Assembly: GCA_045106055.1 (NCBI GenBank)
Contig: JBGCED010000067.1
Coordinates: 1 to 45,155 of the forward strand
Direction of reading: 5' to 3'
DNA from: Alphaproteobacteria bacterium
GTDB taxonomy: Bacteria; Pseudomonadota; Alphaproteobacteria; CBDDJK01
DNA length: 45,155 nucleotides
Of this stretch, positions 9,314 through 19,598 are shown in pieces. Every line of letters starts with the position of its first letter. The first letter of the stretch is position 1. A model generated the notes under the pieces. It saw only the letters and a list, made by a program, of their open reading frames with translations. It made no database searches and was not told the origin of the DNA. Made by a program: the position numbers and the translations under genes.

Positions 9314-11326
9314 ATGATTGAAATTTCACTTCCAGATGGAAGCATCCAAACCCATGACAGCCCAATAACCCCGCTTGAAATTGCCAAACAGATTAGCAAC
9401 AGCCTTGCAAAATCAGCCGTTTTTGCGCGGGTGGATGGTGAAGATTGGGATCTTGTGCGCCCGATTGAACGCAATGCAAAGCTGCAACTAATTACCCGCA
9501 AAGACAAGGATGCGCTGGAATTATTGCGCCATGATTGCGCCCATGTGCTGGCAATGGCGGTGCAGGAACTTTACAAAGATACGCAAATCACCTTTGGCCC
9601 TGCGACAGAAGATGGGCTATATTATGATTTTCACCGTGAAACGCCGTTTTCAAGCGATGATTTTGACGCGATTGAACAGCGGATGCAGGAAATTGTGGTG
9701 CGCGATGTTCCCATCACCCGCGAGGTTTGGCAGCGCGATGCCGTGCATGAATTTTTCAAATCAATCGGCGAAACTTTTAAAGCGGAATGGGTGCTTGAAC
9801 TTCCCGATGATGAAGAGATTACCATGTATCGCCAAGGGGAATGGGTTGATCTTTGCAAGGGGCCGCATTTGCCCTCAACGGGCAAGCTTGGCAAAGCCTT
9901 TAAATTAATGAAATTGGCGGGGGCTTATTGGCGCGGCGATTCGAATAACCCGCAATTACAGCGCATTTATGCGACTTGCTGGCGCGATGAAAAGGAATTA
10001 AATGCCTATTTACGGCAATTAGAAGAAGCTGAAAAACGCGATCATCGTAAATTGGGCAAGCAATTATCGCTGTTTCATCTACAAGAAGAAGCACGCGGCA
10101 GCGTGTTTTGGCATCCAAATGGCTGGATGCTCTATCGCATTTGTCAAGATTATATGCGCAAACAGCTGGATCAAGCTGGCTATGTCGAGGTGAATACGCC
10201 CCAGCTTGTGGATCGCCATTTATGGGAAAAATCAGGGCATTGGGATAAGTTTCGCGAACATATGTTCATTGCCGAAGTGGATGAATCAGATGGAAATGAA
10301 TCAGATGGAAATGAATCAGATGGAAATGATGCGGATGGTGGGGAATTAAGCCATGATGGTTCAGATCATCATGCAAATATGCACCGCACCTTTGCGTTAA
10401 AACCCATGAATTGCCCATGCCATGTTCAAATCTTTAAGCATGGCTTGAAAAGCTATCGTGATTTACCCATTCGCATGGCTGAATTTGGGTCTTGTCATCG
10501 TTATGAACCCTCTGGCGCGCTGCATGGCATTATGCGGGTTCGCGCCTTTACCCAAGATGACGCGCATATTTTTTGTGATGCCAATAAAATTGAAGCCGAA
10601 ACCAAAATCTTCATTGATTTATTAAGCAAGATTTACCGTGATTTTGGGTTTGAAACCTATCATGTTAAATTCTCTGATCGTCCCAGCAATCGGGCGGGCA
10701 GTGATGAAGTGTGGGATCGCGCCGAATCAGCCTTATTAAATGCAACCAAGGCTGCGGGAGTTGAAGTTACCTTGAATCCTGGGGAGGGGGCGTTTTATGG
10801 TCCCAAACTGGAATTTGTGCTAACCGATGCCATTGGGCGTGATTGGCAATGCGGCACTTTGCAAGTGGATTTTGTGCTGCCAGAACGGCTTGATGCAAGC
10901 TTCATTGGCGAAGATGGCGAACGGCATCGCCCTGTTATGCTGCACCGCGCAATTTTGGGATCATTTGAACGCTTTATCGGGATTTTAATTGAACAATATG
11001 CGGGGCGTTTCCCCTTGTGGCTTGCCCCCATTCAGCTTGTGGTTGCAACCATCACCAATGATGCCGATGATTATGCGCGTAATGTGATGGAAAAATTAAC
11101 CGCAGCGGGGCTGCGCGTGAAATTGGATAATCGCAATGAAAAGATAAATTACAAAATCAGGGAACATTCATTGCAATATATTCCCGCGATTTTGGTGGTC
11201 GGCAATAAGGAAGCTGAAGCTGGAAATGTTGCCATCAGGCGGCTGGGCGCACAAAATCATCAAAGCATAGTTTCCCTTGACGAAGCAATTTCTATGTTTC
11301 AAAATGAATCCGAATATCCATCATAA
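9314..11326 (+). CDS. thrS: Threonine--tRNA ligase carrying an acidic/His-rich insertion
   Basis: TGS domain, HDCAH and DLCKGPH editing motifs, [41 protein letters not shown]. Confidence 0.99.
   Translation: MIEISLPDGSIQTHDSPITPLEIAKQISNSLAKSAVFARVDGEDWDLVRPIERNAKLQLITRKDKDALELLRHDCAHVLAMAVQELYKDTQITFGPATEDGLYYDFHRETPFSSDDFDAIEQRMQEIVVRDVPITREVWQRDAVHEFFKSIGETFKAEWVLELPDDEEITMYRQGEWVDLCKGPHLPSTGKLGKAFKLMKLAGAYWRGDSNNPQLQRIYATCWRDEKELNAYLRQLEEAEKRDHRKLGKQLSLFHLQEEARGSVFWHPNGWMLYRICQDYMRKQLDQAGYVEVNTPQLVDRHLWEKSGHWDKFREHMFIAEVDESDGNESDGNESDGNDADGGELSHDGSDHHANMHRTFALKPMNCPCHVQIFKHGLKSYRDLPIRMAEFGSCHRYEPSGALHGIMRVRAFTQDDAHIFCDANKIEAETKIFIDLLSKIYRDFGFETYHVKFSDRPSNRAGSDEVWDRAESALLNATKAAGVEVTLNPGEGAFYGPKLEFVLTDAIGRDWQCGTLQVDFVLPERLDASFIGEDGERHRPVMLHRAILGSFERFIGILIEQYAGRFPLWLAPIQLVVATITNDADDYARNVMEKLTAAGLRVKLDNRNEKINYKIREHSLQYIPAILVVGNKEAEAGNVAIRRLGAQNHQSIVSLDEAISMFQNESEYPS
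10281..10325 (+). repeat. 3 x 15-bp perfect tandem repeat inside thrS
   Basis: ATGAATCAGATGGAA at 10281, 10296 and 10311, encoding (D/N)ESDG repeats. Confidence 0.95.
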
Positions 11327-11380
11327 TAATTTTATAAAAAATATAAACTAAAAGCAGGCAAAGCCTGTAAGGAGGACACC

Positions 11381-11920
11381 ATAAAAAAGCCAAACCAACC
11401 CCAAGCCCCGCGTAAAGACGGGCCGCGCGTCAATGATGAAATTTCAGCACACCGCATCAGGTTAATTGACCATGAAGGCAATAATCACGATCAAATTGAC
11501 ATTGCCCAAGCCTTGCAAATGGCAGCAGATGCTGGGCTTGATCTGGTTGAAATATCGCCAAATGTGGTGCCGCCAGTATGTAAAATATTGGATTATGGCA
11601 AATATAAATATGAGCTTCAAAAACGCAAAAATGAAGCAAAAAAGAAACAAAAAACGATTGAAACCAAAGAGGTTAAATTCAGACCCAATATTGAACAGCA
11701 TGATTATGATGTGAAAATGCGCCAAGTCGTTAAATTCCTTGGCGAGGGGGATAAGGTGAAGATCACGCTGCGCTTTAGGGGGCGCGAGATGGCGCATCAA
11801 AAATTGGGCATGGAAGTCCTTAACCGCATTAAAACACAGCTTCAAGACGAGATTAGGGTGGATCAAGAACCCAGTTTAGAAGGGCGCCAGATGATGATGG
11901 TATTAAGCCCCGCAAAATAA
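11381..11920 (+). CDS. infC: Translation initiation factor IF-3 with non-canonical ATA start
   Basis: SD AAGGAGG (11369-11375) then ATA at 11381, in frame with track ORF 11513. Adds KKPNQPQAPRKDGPRVNDEISAHRIRLIDHEG (IF3-N). Downstream: LDLVEISPNVVPPVCKILDYGKYKYE, KEVKFRP, LRFRGREM. Confidence 0.93.
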   Translation: MKKPNQPQAPRKDGPRVNDEISAHRIRLIDHEGNNHDQIDIAQALQMAADAGLDLVEISPNVVPPVCKILDYGKYKYELQKRKNEAKKKQKTIETKEVKFRPNIEQHDYDVKMRQVVKFLGEGDKVKITLRFRGREMAHQKLGMEVLNRIKTQLQDEIRVDQEPSLEGRQMMMVLSPAK

Positions 11921-11957
11921 CCCTTTAAACATTAACGCTTTAAAAGATAACAATAAA

Positions 11958-12530
11958 ATGACACAAGCAAAAGCGAATAAAGCACCATCTCCGCCATCTG
12001 TATATGAGCTAAACCCAGATTTAGGGGCAATTTACCGCCATGTTTTTGCGGTCATTGTTGATAATGAACCTGGGGTGCTTGCAAGGGTGATTGGGCTTTT
12101 TTCAGGGCGTGGCTATAATATTGAAAGCCTAACGGTTTCAACCGTCAGCGAGGATCAAACAACAAGCCGCATTACGATTGTAACAACTGGCACAGAAATG
12201 ATCATCCAGCAAATTAAAGCACAATTAGGGCGCATTGTCCCCGTGCATGATGTCCATGATTTAACCATGGAAGGAAAGATGGTTGAACGCGAATTTGCGA
12301 TGGTTAAGGTGCTGGCATCCGATCATAATCGCCGCGAATCGCTTAGAATCGCGGATGTGTTTGGCGCAAAGGTTGCGGATACAACCTTAACAAGCTTTTT
12401 GTTTATTCTTGAAGGCGCACCAGATCGCTTGGATAATTTTATTGAGTTAATGCGGGCATTGGGCAATGTAGAAATTGCGCGCAGCGGAACGGTTGCAATG
12501 ACGCGCGGCGCAGAAATTTTACACCCCTAA
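11958..12530 (+). CDS. ilvN: Acetolactate synthase small regulatory subunit (IlvH/IlvN)
   Basis: ACT domain 'VIVDNEPGVLARVIGLFSGRGYNIESLTV'; C-terminal 'VEIARSGTVAMTRG'. Confidence 0.95.
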   Translation: MTQAKANKAPSPPSVYELNPDLGAIYRHVFAVIVDNEPGVLARVIGLFSGRGYNIESLTVSTVSEDQTTSRITIVTTGTEMIIQQIKAQLGRIVPVHDVHDLTMEGKMVEREFAMVKVLASDHNRRESLRIADVFGAKVADTTLTSFLFILEGAPDRLDNFIELMRALGNVEIARSGTVAMTRGAEILHP

Positions 12531-12615
12531 GCCTTAATCTTATTAAAAAGATAAGCCCCCGATTAGGGCAAGCAAATAAACATATATTAAACATATATCA
12601 AAAAGGATCAGCAGC

Positions 12616-14187
12616 ATGATATCGGTCAATTTTAAAGGCTTTACAGATTTTGAAAATGTGGATTTCAAAGAAGGCGCGCTTGCGCTTGCTGCAACCAAAT
12701 CATCCGCTAAGGATCATTCCTTTGCGCTTTATGATGGCATTGATCAACGCTTTGGCGGTGCATTAAAGCGCGTGATTGCGGTGTCCCCCTTTGATGGAAA
12801 AGAAGGCGAAATTGTCAACTGCCCTGCTCCTGGTGCGGTAAATGGCGCACAAATTTCACAAGTTTTATGTGTTGGGGTGACTGGCACAGAAGCCTATCAA
12901 GGGCAAGAATTCATCAATGCTTGGCAAAATATCGGCGGCAAGCTTGGAAAAGCTGCCAGCAAATTGCGGATTAAAGAAGTGCATATGGTCATGGATGCTT
13001 CGGCAATTCTTATGAAAGATCAAACGATTAACAATGTTGATTTTCAAGCCAAAATTGCTGCTGAATTTGCCTTTGGGCTGACCCTTGGTCAATATTATTT
13101 TGATAAATATATGACCCAGAAAAAAGAAAGCGAAAAACCCAGCCTGAAAAAATTGGTGATCCATGTGCCTGAAGCGCAATTATCCACAGCAAATGCCCAT
13201 TGGGATCAGCTGCAAGGGCTGGCAGAAGCGGTGATCTTTACCCGCAATATCGTCTCCGAGCCTGCAAATATCATTCACCCAGAATCGCTGGCGCAGCATT
13301 GCAAAGCCTTATCCGAGCTTGGGCTTAAGGTTACAATCTTTGGCGAGGCAAAGCTTAGCGAGCTTGGTTTTAATGCAATGCTGGGGGTTGGCCAGGGATC
13401 GGTGCGCGAAAGCCAGCTGGTCATCATGGAATGGAAAGGCGGCGCACAGGATGAAGCCCCTGTTGCTTTGATTGGCAAGGGGGTTACCTTTGATAGTGGC
13501 GGCATTTCCATCAAGCCATCGGGCGGCATGGAAGATATGAAATGGGATATGGGCGGGTCTGCGGCGGTGATTGGCACGATGATCGCAACCGCGAAGCGCA
13601 AGGCAAAAGCCAATATTATCGGCATTGTTGCGCTGGTTGAAAATATGCCTGATGGCAACGCGCAGCGTCCAGGCGATGTTGTAAAATCGCTTTCAGGGCA
13701 AACGATTGAAGTCATCAATACGGATGCAGAAGGGCGCTTAATCCTAGCCGATGCGCTTTATTATGCAGAACGCGAATATAAGCCTAAAATTATGATTGAT
13801 CTTGCAACCTTAACGGGGGCAATTTTGGTTGCACTTGGCCATGAATATGGCGGCATGTTTTCAAGCGATGACCAGCTGGCAGGGGATTTATATAAGGCTG
13901 GGGTTGATACGGGCGAATTATTATGGCGCATGCCAATGGGCAAGGAATATGACCGCGCCATGAATTCAGAAATTGCGGATATGCGTAACACCAGCACGGG
14001 CGGACGCGGTGCAGGGTCAATCACGGCAGCGCAATTTCTAAAGCGATTCGTTAAAACAAAAAATTGGGCACATTTGGATATTGCGGGCATGGCGTGGAAT
14101 GGCCGCGAACGCCCGATTGTGCCAAAAGGCGGTGCGGGATTTGGCGTGCGTTTGCTTGATCATTATTTACGCACCCATCACGGTTAA
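12616..14187 (+). CDS. pepA: Leucyl aminopeptidase (M17)
   Basis: GKGVTFDSGG, MKWDMGG, NTDAEGRL, DLATLTGA, WAHLDIAG. Confidence 0.97.
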   Translation: MISVNFKGFTDFENVDFKEGALALAATKSSAKDHSFALYDGIDQRFGGALKRVIAVSPFDGKEGEIVNCPAPGAVNGAQISQVLCVGVTGTEAYQGQEFINAWQNIGGKLGKAASKLRIKEVHMVMDASAILMKDQTINNVDFQAKIAAEFAFGLTLGQYYFDKYMTQKKESEKPSLKKLVIHVPEAQLSTANAHWDQLQGLAEAVIFTRNIVSEPANIIHPESLAQHCKALSELGLKVTIFGEAKLSELGFNAMLGVGQGSVRESQLVIMEWKGGAQDEAPVALIGKGVTFDSGGISIKPSGGMEDMKWDMGGSAAVIGTMIATAKRKAKANIIGIVALVENMPDGNAQRPGDVVKSLSGQTIEVINTDAEGRLILADALYYAEREYKPKIMIDLATLTGAILVALGHEYGGMFSSDDQLAGDLYKAGVDTGELLWRMPMGKEYDRAMNSEIADMRNTSTGGRGAGSITAAQFLKRFVKTKNWAHLDIAGMAWNGRERPIVPKGGAGFGVRLLDHYLRTHHG

Positions 14188-14201
14188 TCCCCCAGATCAA
14201 A

Positions 14202-14708
14202 ATGGTTGAGACACAATCTGCTTTGGGTGAAATGCGTTATTATCACCTTGTTCATAAAAAACCAGACATGGTTCTGCCAAGCTTGATTAAAAAATCAATC
14301 GAGCGCGGAATGAATGCCGTGGTAAAATCAGAAAATCCCAACCGTTTAAGCATGATTGATAAGGATTTATGGAAAAATCCGCCTGAATCCTTCTTGCCGC
14401 ATTTAATGGTTAATGCCCTGCCCCAAGCCGAATTAAGCGCACAGCAACGCCAAGAATATCAGCATTGCCCGCTATTGCTCACCATGCTTGATTCGGTTGG
14501 CGCATTTAATGATGCAAAAATATTATTTTTGCTGGATCATGCAGCCATCGATCAAAATCATAATTATCAACGCATTTGCAGGCTGTTTGATGGCAATGAT
14601 CAAGCTGAATTATCTTTTGCGCGCCAGCAATGGGTGCTTGACCGCGATGCCGGATTTCAATTAAGCTATTGGCAACAAACGGATGAGGGCTGGCAGCAAA
14701 AGCTTTAA
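14202..14708 (+). CDS. holC: DNA polymerase III chi subunit
   Basis: 'YYHL...LW...ESFLPH...LFDGND...ARQQW...YWQQTDEGW'; conserved position after pepA. Confidence 0.9.
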   Translation: MVETQSALGEMRYYHLVHKKPDMVLPSLIKKSIERGMNAVVKSENPNRLSMIDKDLWKNPPESFLPHLMVNALPQAELSAQQRQEYQHCPLLLTMLDSVGAFNDAKILFLLDHAAIDQNHNYQRICRLFDGNDQAELSFARQQWVLDRDAGFQLSYWQQTDEGWQQKL

Positions 14709-14745
14709 TCTTCATTTATATTTATTCATATTTAAAGAGGGGGAT

Positions 14746-17187
14746 ATGATGGCAAATAACACCAAAATACCGCAACACGCACAGGCCGTTATTATTGGCG
14801 GCGGCGTTGTGGGCTGTTCCATTTTGTTTCATCTTGCAAAAATGGGCATGAAAGATTGCGTGCTGCTGGAACGATCAGAGCTTACCTCTGGCTCTTCATG
14901 GCATGCTGCGGGACAGATTCACACGATCAGCTCCGATCCAAATATTTCGCGCTTGCAAGGCTATACGATTAAGCTTTACAAAGAAATTGAGGAATTATCG
15001 GGGCATTCCGTTGGCATGCATAATACGGGCGGATTTTACCTTGCATCCAACCAAACTTGGGTGGATTATTTAAAGCGCGAACGCTCCAAAGCCCGTTATA
15101 TGGGGCTTGATCAAGAATTTATCTCTTTGGATGAGGTTAAAAGGCTTCACCCCCTAATTGATACAAGCCGCTATATTGCTGCGCTATGGGATCCGCTGGA
15201 TGGCGATGTTGACCCTTCGGGCGTGACTTATGCTTATGCCAAGGCTGCAAAACATTATGGCGCAAATTATATCACGCACTGCCCCGTCATTGAAACCAAT
15301 CAGCGCGCCGATGGTTCGTGGGATGTCGTCACCGAAAACGGAACGATTCACGCAGAACAGCTTGTCAATGCTGGCGGGTTATGGGCGCGCGAAGTTGGGC
15401 ATTTGGCAGGGATTAACCTGCCTGTGCAGCCGATGGAACATCATTATTTAATCACCGAGAAAATTCCAGAAATTGCCGATTTGCCGGCGGGCAAGCGCCT
15501 GCCCAGCGGCATTGATTATGAAGGCAATATGTATTTTCGCCAAGAACGCGATGGGATGCTGCTTGGGACTTATGAACCTGTTTCAACTCCGTGGAAAGTC
15601 AATGGCACACCCATGGATTTTGGGCATGAATTGCTAAATCCTGATCTTGAACGGATTGCAGAACGCTTGGAATTGGGGTTTGAACGCATCCCCGCCCTTG
15701 GCAAAGCAGGGATTAAAAACATCATCAACGGGCCTTTTACCTTTGGTCCTGATGGCAATCCGCTAATTGGTCCCGTGCCTGGCATGTCTAATTATTGGGT
15801 TGCGGTTGGGGTGATGGCTGGCTTTTGCCAAGCGGGCGGGGTTGGGCTGTGCCTTGCCGAATGGATGATTGAGGGCGAGCCTTCGATTGATGTATGGGCA
15901 ATGGATGTTGCCCGTTTTGGCGAATTTGCAACAGCTGAATATGGCACGATTAAATCAGCAGAAAATTACGAACGCCGTTTTGTAATGACTTTCCCCAATG
16001 AAACTCTGCCCAAAGCCAGACGCCAAAAAACCACGGCGCTTTATGATCGCTTAACCGAAAAAGGCGCAGTCATGGGAACAAGCTTTGGGCTGGAACATGC
16101 GCTATGGTTTGCAGGGTCAAAAGAAAATGCGCATGAAGTCCCCACCTTTTTACGCAATCGCAGCCATGATTATGTTGCCGCAGAAATGGAAGCCGTGCGC
16201 ACCAAGGTTGGCATGATTGAAATTGGTAATTTTGCAAAACATCGGATTACAGGCAGCGGCGCACGCGCTTTTTTAAATTATATCGCGGCGGGGCGCGTGC
16301 CAAAGGCGGGGCGCACCAGCCTAACCCCGCTATTAACGCCAAAGGGTAAGCTTTATGGGGATTTAACCATTGCATGCTTGTCGGATACGGAATTTATGAT
16401 TTTTGGTTCTGGCGCTGCCCAAGAAATGCACCGCCGATGGTTCCAGCAGCATCTGCCCCAAGATGGCAGTGTGCATTATGAAAATCTGTCAGATTCCCTG
16501 CATGGAATCGCGATTAGCGGGCCAAATTCGCGTGAATTATTATCCAGAATCACCCGCGAGAATGTCAGCAAGGATGCGTTTAAATTCCTGTCGGTAAAAC
16601 GCGCCATCGTTGGCGGTGTGCCTGTGATTCTAGCGCGCATTTCCTTTTCAGGCGAGCTTGGTTACGAGCTTTACTGCGCCCCCCATTATTTGATGAAATT
16701 ATATGAATCCCTAAGCGAAAATGGCGATGATTTGGGCTTGAAACCTTATGGCGCACGCGCATTGATGGCGCTGCGGCTTGAAAAAAATTGGGGCGTATGG
16801 ACGCTTGATTTCAGACCAGACTTTACTGCAGCCCAATCGGGAATGGATGTTTTTATTGATTGGGATAAGGATTTTATTGGCAAGCAAGCGGCACTTGCTG
16901 AAAAGAAAGCGGGCGCAGATAAAAAGCTGGTTACGATGATGATTGACATTGATCATATGGATGTGTCCAATGATGAAGCCATATTGCATGACGGCAAAAC
17001 CGTGGGCTATGTTACTTCTGGTGGATATGCGCATCATGTAAAGCGCAGCATGGCGCTTGGTTATGTTCCCCCGCCACTTGCGGTTGATGGCATGAAATTA
17101 TCAATTGAAATTAATGGGGATTTTTATAATGCGACCGTCACCCAAACCCCGCTTTACGACCCCGCAGGGCAGAAAATGCGAATGTAG
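14746..17187 (+). CDS. FAD-dependent oxidoreductase with GcvT domain (dimethylglycine/sarcosine dehydrogenase-like)
   Basis: IIGGGVVG Rossmann motif, TSGSSWHAAG (covalent-FAD His motif), GPFTFGPDGNPLIG, RISFSGELGYEL, GYVTSGGY. SD GAGGGG before ATG 14746/14749. Exact substrate cannot be determined. Confidence 0.9.
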   Translation: MMANNTKIPQHAQAVIIGGGVVGCSILFHLAKMGMKDCVLLERSELTSGSSWHAAGQIHTISSDPNISRLQGYTIKLYKEIEELSGHSVGMHNTGGFYLASNQTWVDYLKRERSKARYMGLDQEFISLDEVKRLHPLIDTSRYIAALWDPLDGDVDPSGVTYAYAKAAKHYGANYITHCPVIETNQRADGSWDVVTENGTIHAEQLVNAGGLWAREVGHLAGINLPVQPMEHHYLITEKIPEIADLPAGKRLPSGIDYEGNMYFRQERDGMLLGTYEPVSTPWKVNGTPMDFGHELLNPDLERIAERLELGFERIPALGKAGIKNIINGPFTFGPDGNPLIGPVPGMSNYWVAVGVMAGFCQAGGVGLCLAEWMIEGEPSIDVWAMDVARFGEFATAEYGTIKSAENYERRFVMTFPNETLPKARRQKTTALYDRLTEKGAVMGTSFGLEHALWFAGSKENAHEVPTFLRNRSHDYVAAEMEAVRTKVGMIEIGNFAKHRITGSGARAFLNYIAAGRVPKAGRTSLTPLLTPKGKLYGDLTIACLSDTEFMIFGSGAAQEMHRRWFQQHLPQDGSVHYENLSDSLHGIAISGPNSRELLSRITRENVSKDAFKFLSVKRAIVGGVPVILARISFSGELGYELYCAPHYLMKLYESLSENGDDLGLKPYGARALMALRLEKNWGVWTLDFRPDFTAAQSGMDVFIDWDKDFIGKQAALAEKKAGADKKLVTMMIDIDHMDVSNDEAILHDGKTVGYVTSGGYAHHVKRSMALGYVPPPLAVDGMKLSIEINGDFYNATVTQTPLYDPAGQKMRM

Positions 17188-17189
17188 CT

Positions 17190-17210
17190 TTTTGCGCTCA
17201 CACGCCGCTA
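17190..17210 (+). repeat. Dispersed copy of the repeat motif seen at 427-442/454-469
   Basis: CGCTCACACGCCGCTA (17195-17210) is the exact reverse complement of TAGCGGCGTGTGAGCG; it lies just after a stop codon at a convergent junction. Confidence 0.75.
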
Positions 17211-17225
17211 ATAGTTTGGCGTAAA

Positions 17226-17936
17226 TCAAAGTAAATTGAGTTTTTGAAGCATGGTGGTGGCAAGGGCTTTTTGCGCTAGGCGAATGGTTTTGCCCTGTTC
17301 AATCAGCGGGGGCTGCCCTGTGATTTCCAGTTGAACCGAAAAAACAGGGGCATGATCTGGCCCTGTTTGCCCAAGCAATTTATATTCAGGCAAGCCCAAA
17401 TGCTGCGACATGCACCATTCTTGTAAGCCTGATTTGGGGTCTTTGGGGGGAACGGGGGGATTTTCAAGCCCTGCCCGCCAATGATGCTTTATAAAATCAA
17501 ACGCCGCCTTGCCTTGATGCTCTTGATCATCCAGCCATAAAGCACCAATTAAGGATTCCACCAGATCAGATTGCAAAGAAGGATTATCCTTGCCGCCCAA
17601 GCTTGCTTCACCAGCCGAAATGCGCATCAAATCATGCAGCCTTAATTTTTGTGCGATAAATGCCAAATAATCTTGGCTGACCAGCCCTGTTAAACGGCGC
17701 GATAAGTCCCCTTCGCTTTCTTCGGGGTAATATTCATATAGCATTTCAGCAATGACAAGCCCAAGCACACGATCGCCTAGAAATTCCAGCCGTTCATAAG
17801 ATTCAACCCCAATCGCCGCAGAAGGGCTTAAAGAGCGGTGCGTTAGCGCCAGCGCAAATAAGGATTGCTGCTTAATGGCATAATTTAAGATATGGCTTAG
17901 AATTTTGCGCTCATCATCCTGTAAGGCTTCAACCAT
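17226..17936 (-). CDS. rnc: Ribonuclease III
   Basis: ALTHRS, ERLEFLGDRVLG signature, DLVESLIGA, dsRBD 'DPKSGLQEW...GPDHAPVF'. Confidence 0.97.
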   Translation of the reverse strand: MVEALQDDERKILSHILNYAIKQQSLFALALTHRSLSPSAAIGVESYERLEFLGDRVLGLVIAEMLYEYYPEESEGDLSRRLTGLVSQDYLAFIAQKLRLHDLMRISAGEASLGGKDNPSLQSDLVESLIGALWLDDQEHQGKAAFDFIKHHWRAGLENPPVPPKDPKSGLQEWCMSQHLGLPEYKLLGQTGPDHAPVFSVQLEITGQPPLIEQGKTIRLAQKALATTMLQKLNLL

Positions 17937-17950
17937 ATCCGCTAATGCCC

Positions 17951-18697
17951 TTATTTGATGGAGGTGAAGAATCGCGCGGCGCGGGCGCCAGAAAACCAGC
18001 TAATGGGATTATACCAATTTACGGTATAATCATAGGACATGAAAATCCAGTTTGCGACCCCAATAAAATGATCATAAGGCACAAATCCAACCGCATTTCC
18101 AACCCGACTATCCACCGAATTATCACGATTATCGCCCATCATAAAATAATGCGCTTCAGGCACAATATATTCATTGGTATTATCCAGCCTGCCATTATCG
18201 CCCGCCATTTCAATGATGCGGTGCGACCTGCCATTGGGTAAGGTTTCAATATAATGGGGAACGGTGATCCTGCGCCCATCTTGAAGTTCATAATCAAAAG
18301 CATCAATCGGTGTTCGATCAACAATTTTGCCATTGATAAACAACCGCCCGCCCAGCATTTGTATGCGATCATTGGGAAGCCCAATCACGCGCTTTACATA
18401 ATCAATGTCACTTTGATGGGGATTGCGAAAAACCGCAACATCGCCGCGCTTGGGCGTTTCACCCAATAAGCGCCCGTCAAACAGATCAGGGCTGCCAATC
18501 ACCGAATATTTGCTATAGCCATAGGATGATTTTGAAACCAAAATATAATCGCCAACGAATAAATTGGGATACATCGACCCTGATGGAATGTTAAAAGGTT
18601 CAAATAAAAACATACGCAGCAATAAAGCAATGGAAATGCCAATTAGAATGACTTTAATTTCACCAAAAATATGGATCAGCGTTTGCTTATTTATCAT
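17951..18697 (-). CDS. lepB: Signal peptidase I
   Basis: EPFNIPSGSM (catalytic Ser), DYVKRVIGLP (Lys), MMGDNRDNSVDSR. Confidence 0.97.
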   Translation of the reverse strand: MINKQTLIHIFGEIKVILIGISIALLLRMFLFEPFNIPSGSMYPNLFVGDYILVSKSSYGYSKYSVIGSPDLFDGRLLGETPKRGDVAVFRNPHQSDIDYVKRVIGLPNDRIQMLGGRLFINGKIVDRTPIDAFDYELQDGRRITVPHYIETLPNGRSHRIIEMAGDNGRLDNTNEYIVPEAHYFMMGDNRDNSVDSRVGNAVGFVPYDHFIGVANWIFMSYDYTVNWYNPISWFSGARAARFFTSIK

Positions 18698-18725
18698 TGC
18701 GTTACTTTGCGATTAAAAGAGGGTG

Positions 18726-19571
18726 TTAAGATTTGGTGATTTCATCATAGCGTTTTAGGGTTTGAAGCAAGGCTTCCATTTGATCCAAATGAACCATATT
18801 CGGGCCATCTGATGGGGCATTATCGGGGTCTTGGTGGGTTTCCATAAATAAAGCAGCAACGCCAACTGCAACCGCAGCTTTTGCCAAAGGCTTTACAAAA
18901 CGGCGATCGCCGCCGCTGCTTCCCCCCTGCCCGCCTGGCTGCTGCACCGAATGGGTTGCATCAAACACAACAGGCTTATTGCAGGTTTCAGCCAAGATCG
19001 GCAGGCTGCGAAAATCACTTACCAAAGTGTTATACCCAAAGCTTACCCCGCGTTCGGTAACCAGCACTTGCTCATTCCCTGCCCCGCTTAATTTCTGCAC
19101 AACATTTTGCATGTCCCACGGCGCTAGGAACTGCCCCTTTTTAACATTGATAATTTTATTGGTCGCGGCGGCTGCGACTAGCAAATCAGTTTGCCTGCAT
19201 AAAAAAGCAGGGATTTGTAAAATATCAACCGAATCCTTTACCAGCGCGCAATGGGCAGCTTCGTGAATATCGGTAATCACAGGGCAGCCAAGGCTTTCAC
19301 GGATTTCTTGAAAAACTGCCAGTGATTGGTCAAGCCCCAAACCGCGCACCCCCTTCAGCGATGTGCGGTTGGCTTTATCAAAAGACGATTTATAAATAAA
19401 GGGAATATTAAGCTTGTCGCATATTGTTTTAAGCGCAGACGCCATCATCAGCGCATGATCGCGTGTTTCCAGCACGCAAGGGCCTGCAATCAAGACAAAA
19501 GGCAAATCATTGCCAAAGGATAGCGTGCGCCCATCGGGGGTTTTCAAATCAACATGAAATGCTTTTTGCAT
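18726..19571 (-). CDS. kdsA: KDO-8-phosphate synthase
   Basis: [45 protein letters not shown]. Confidence 0.98.
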   Translation of the reverse strand: MQKAFHVDLKTPDGRTLSFGNDLPFVLIAGPCVLETRDHALMMASALKTICDKLNIPFIYKSSFDKANRTSLKGVRGLGLDQSLAVFQEIRESLGCPVITDIHEAAHCALVKDSVDILQIPAFLCRQTDLLVAAAATNKIINVKKGQFLAPWDMQNVVQKLSGAGNEQVLVTERGVSFGYNTLVSDFRSLPILAETCNKPVVFDATHSVQQPGGQGGSSGGDRRFVKPLAKAAVAVGVAALFMETHQDPDNAPSDGPNMVHLDQMEALLQTLKRYDEITKS

Positions 19572-19598
19572 GATATTTCAGCTTTTAAAAATTATGGG

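Noticed and set aside
11513-11920. Truncated or pseudogenised infC
   Set aside because: The frame is open upstream to an SD-associated ATA, giving a full-length 179-aa IF3.
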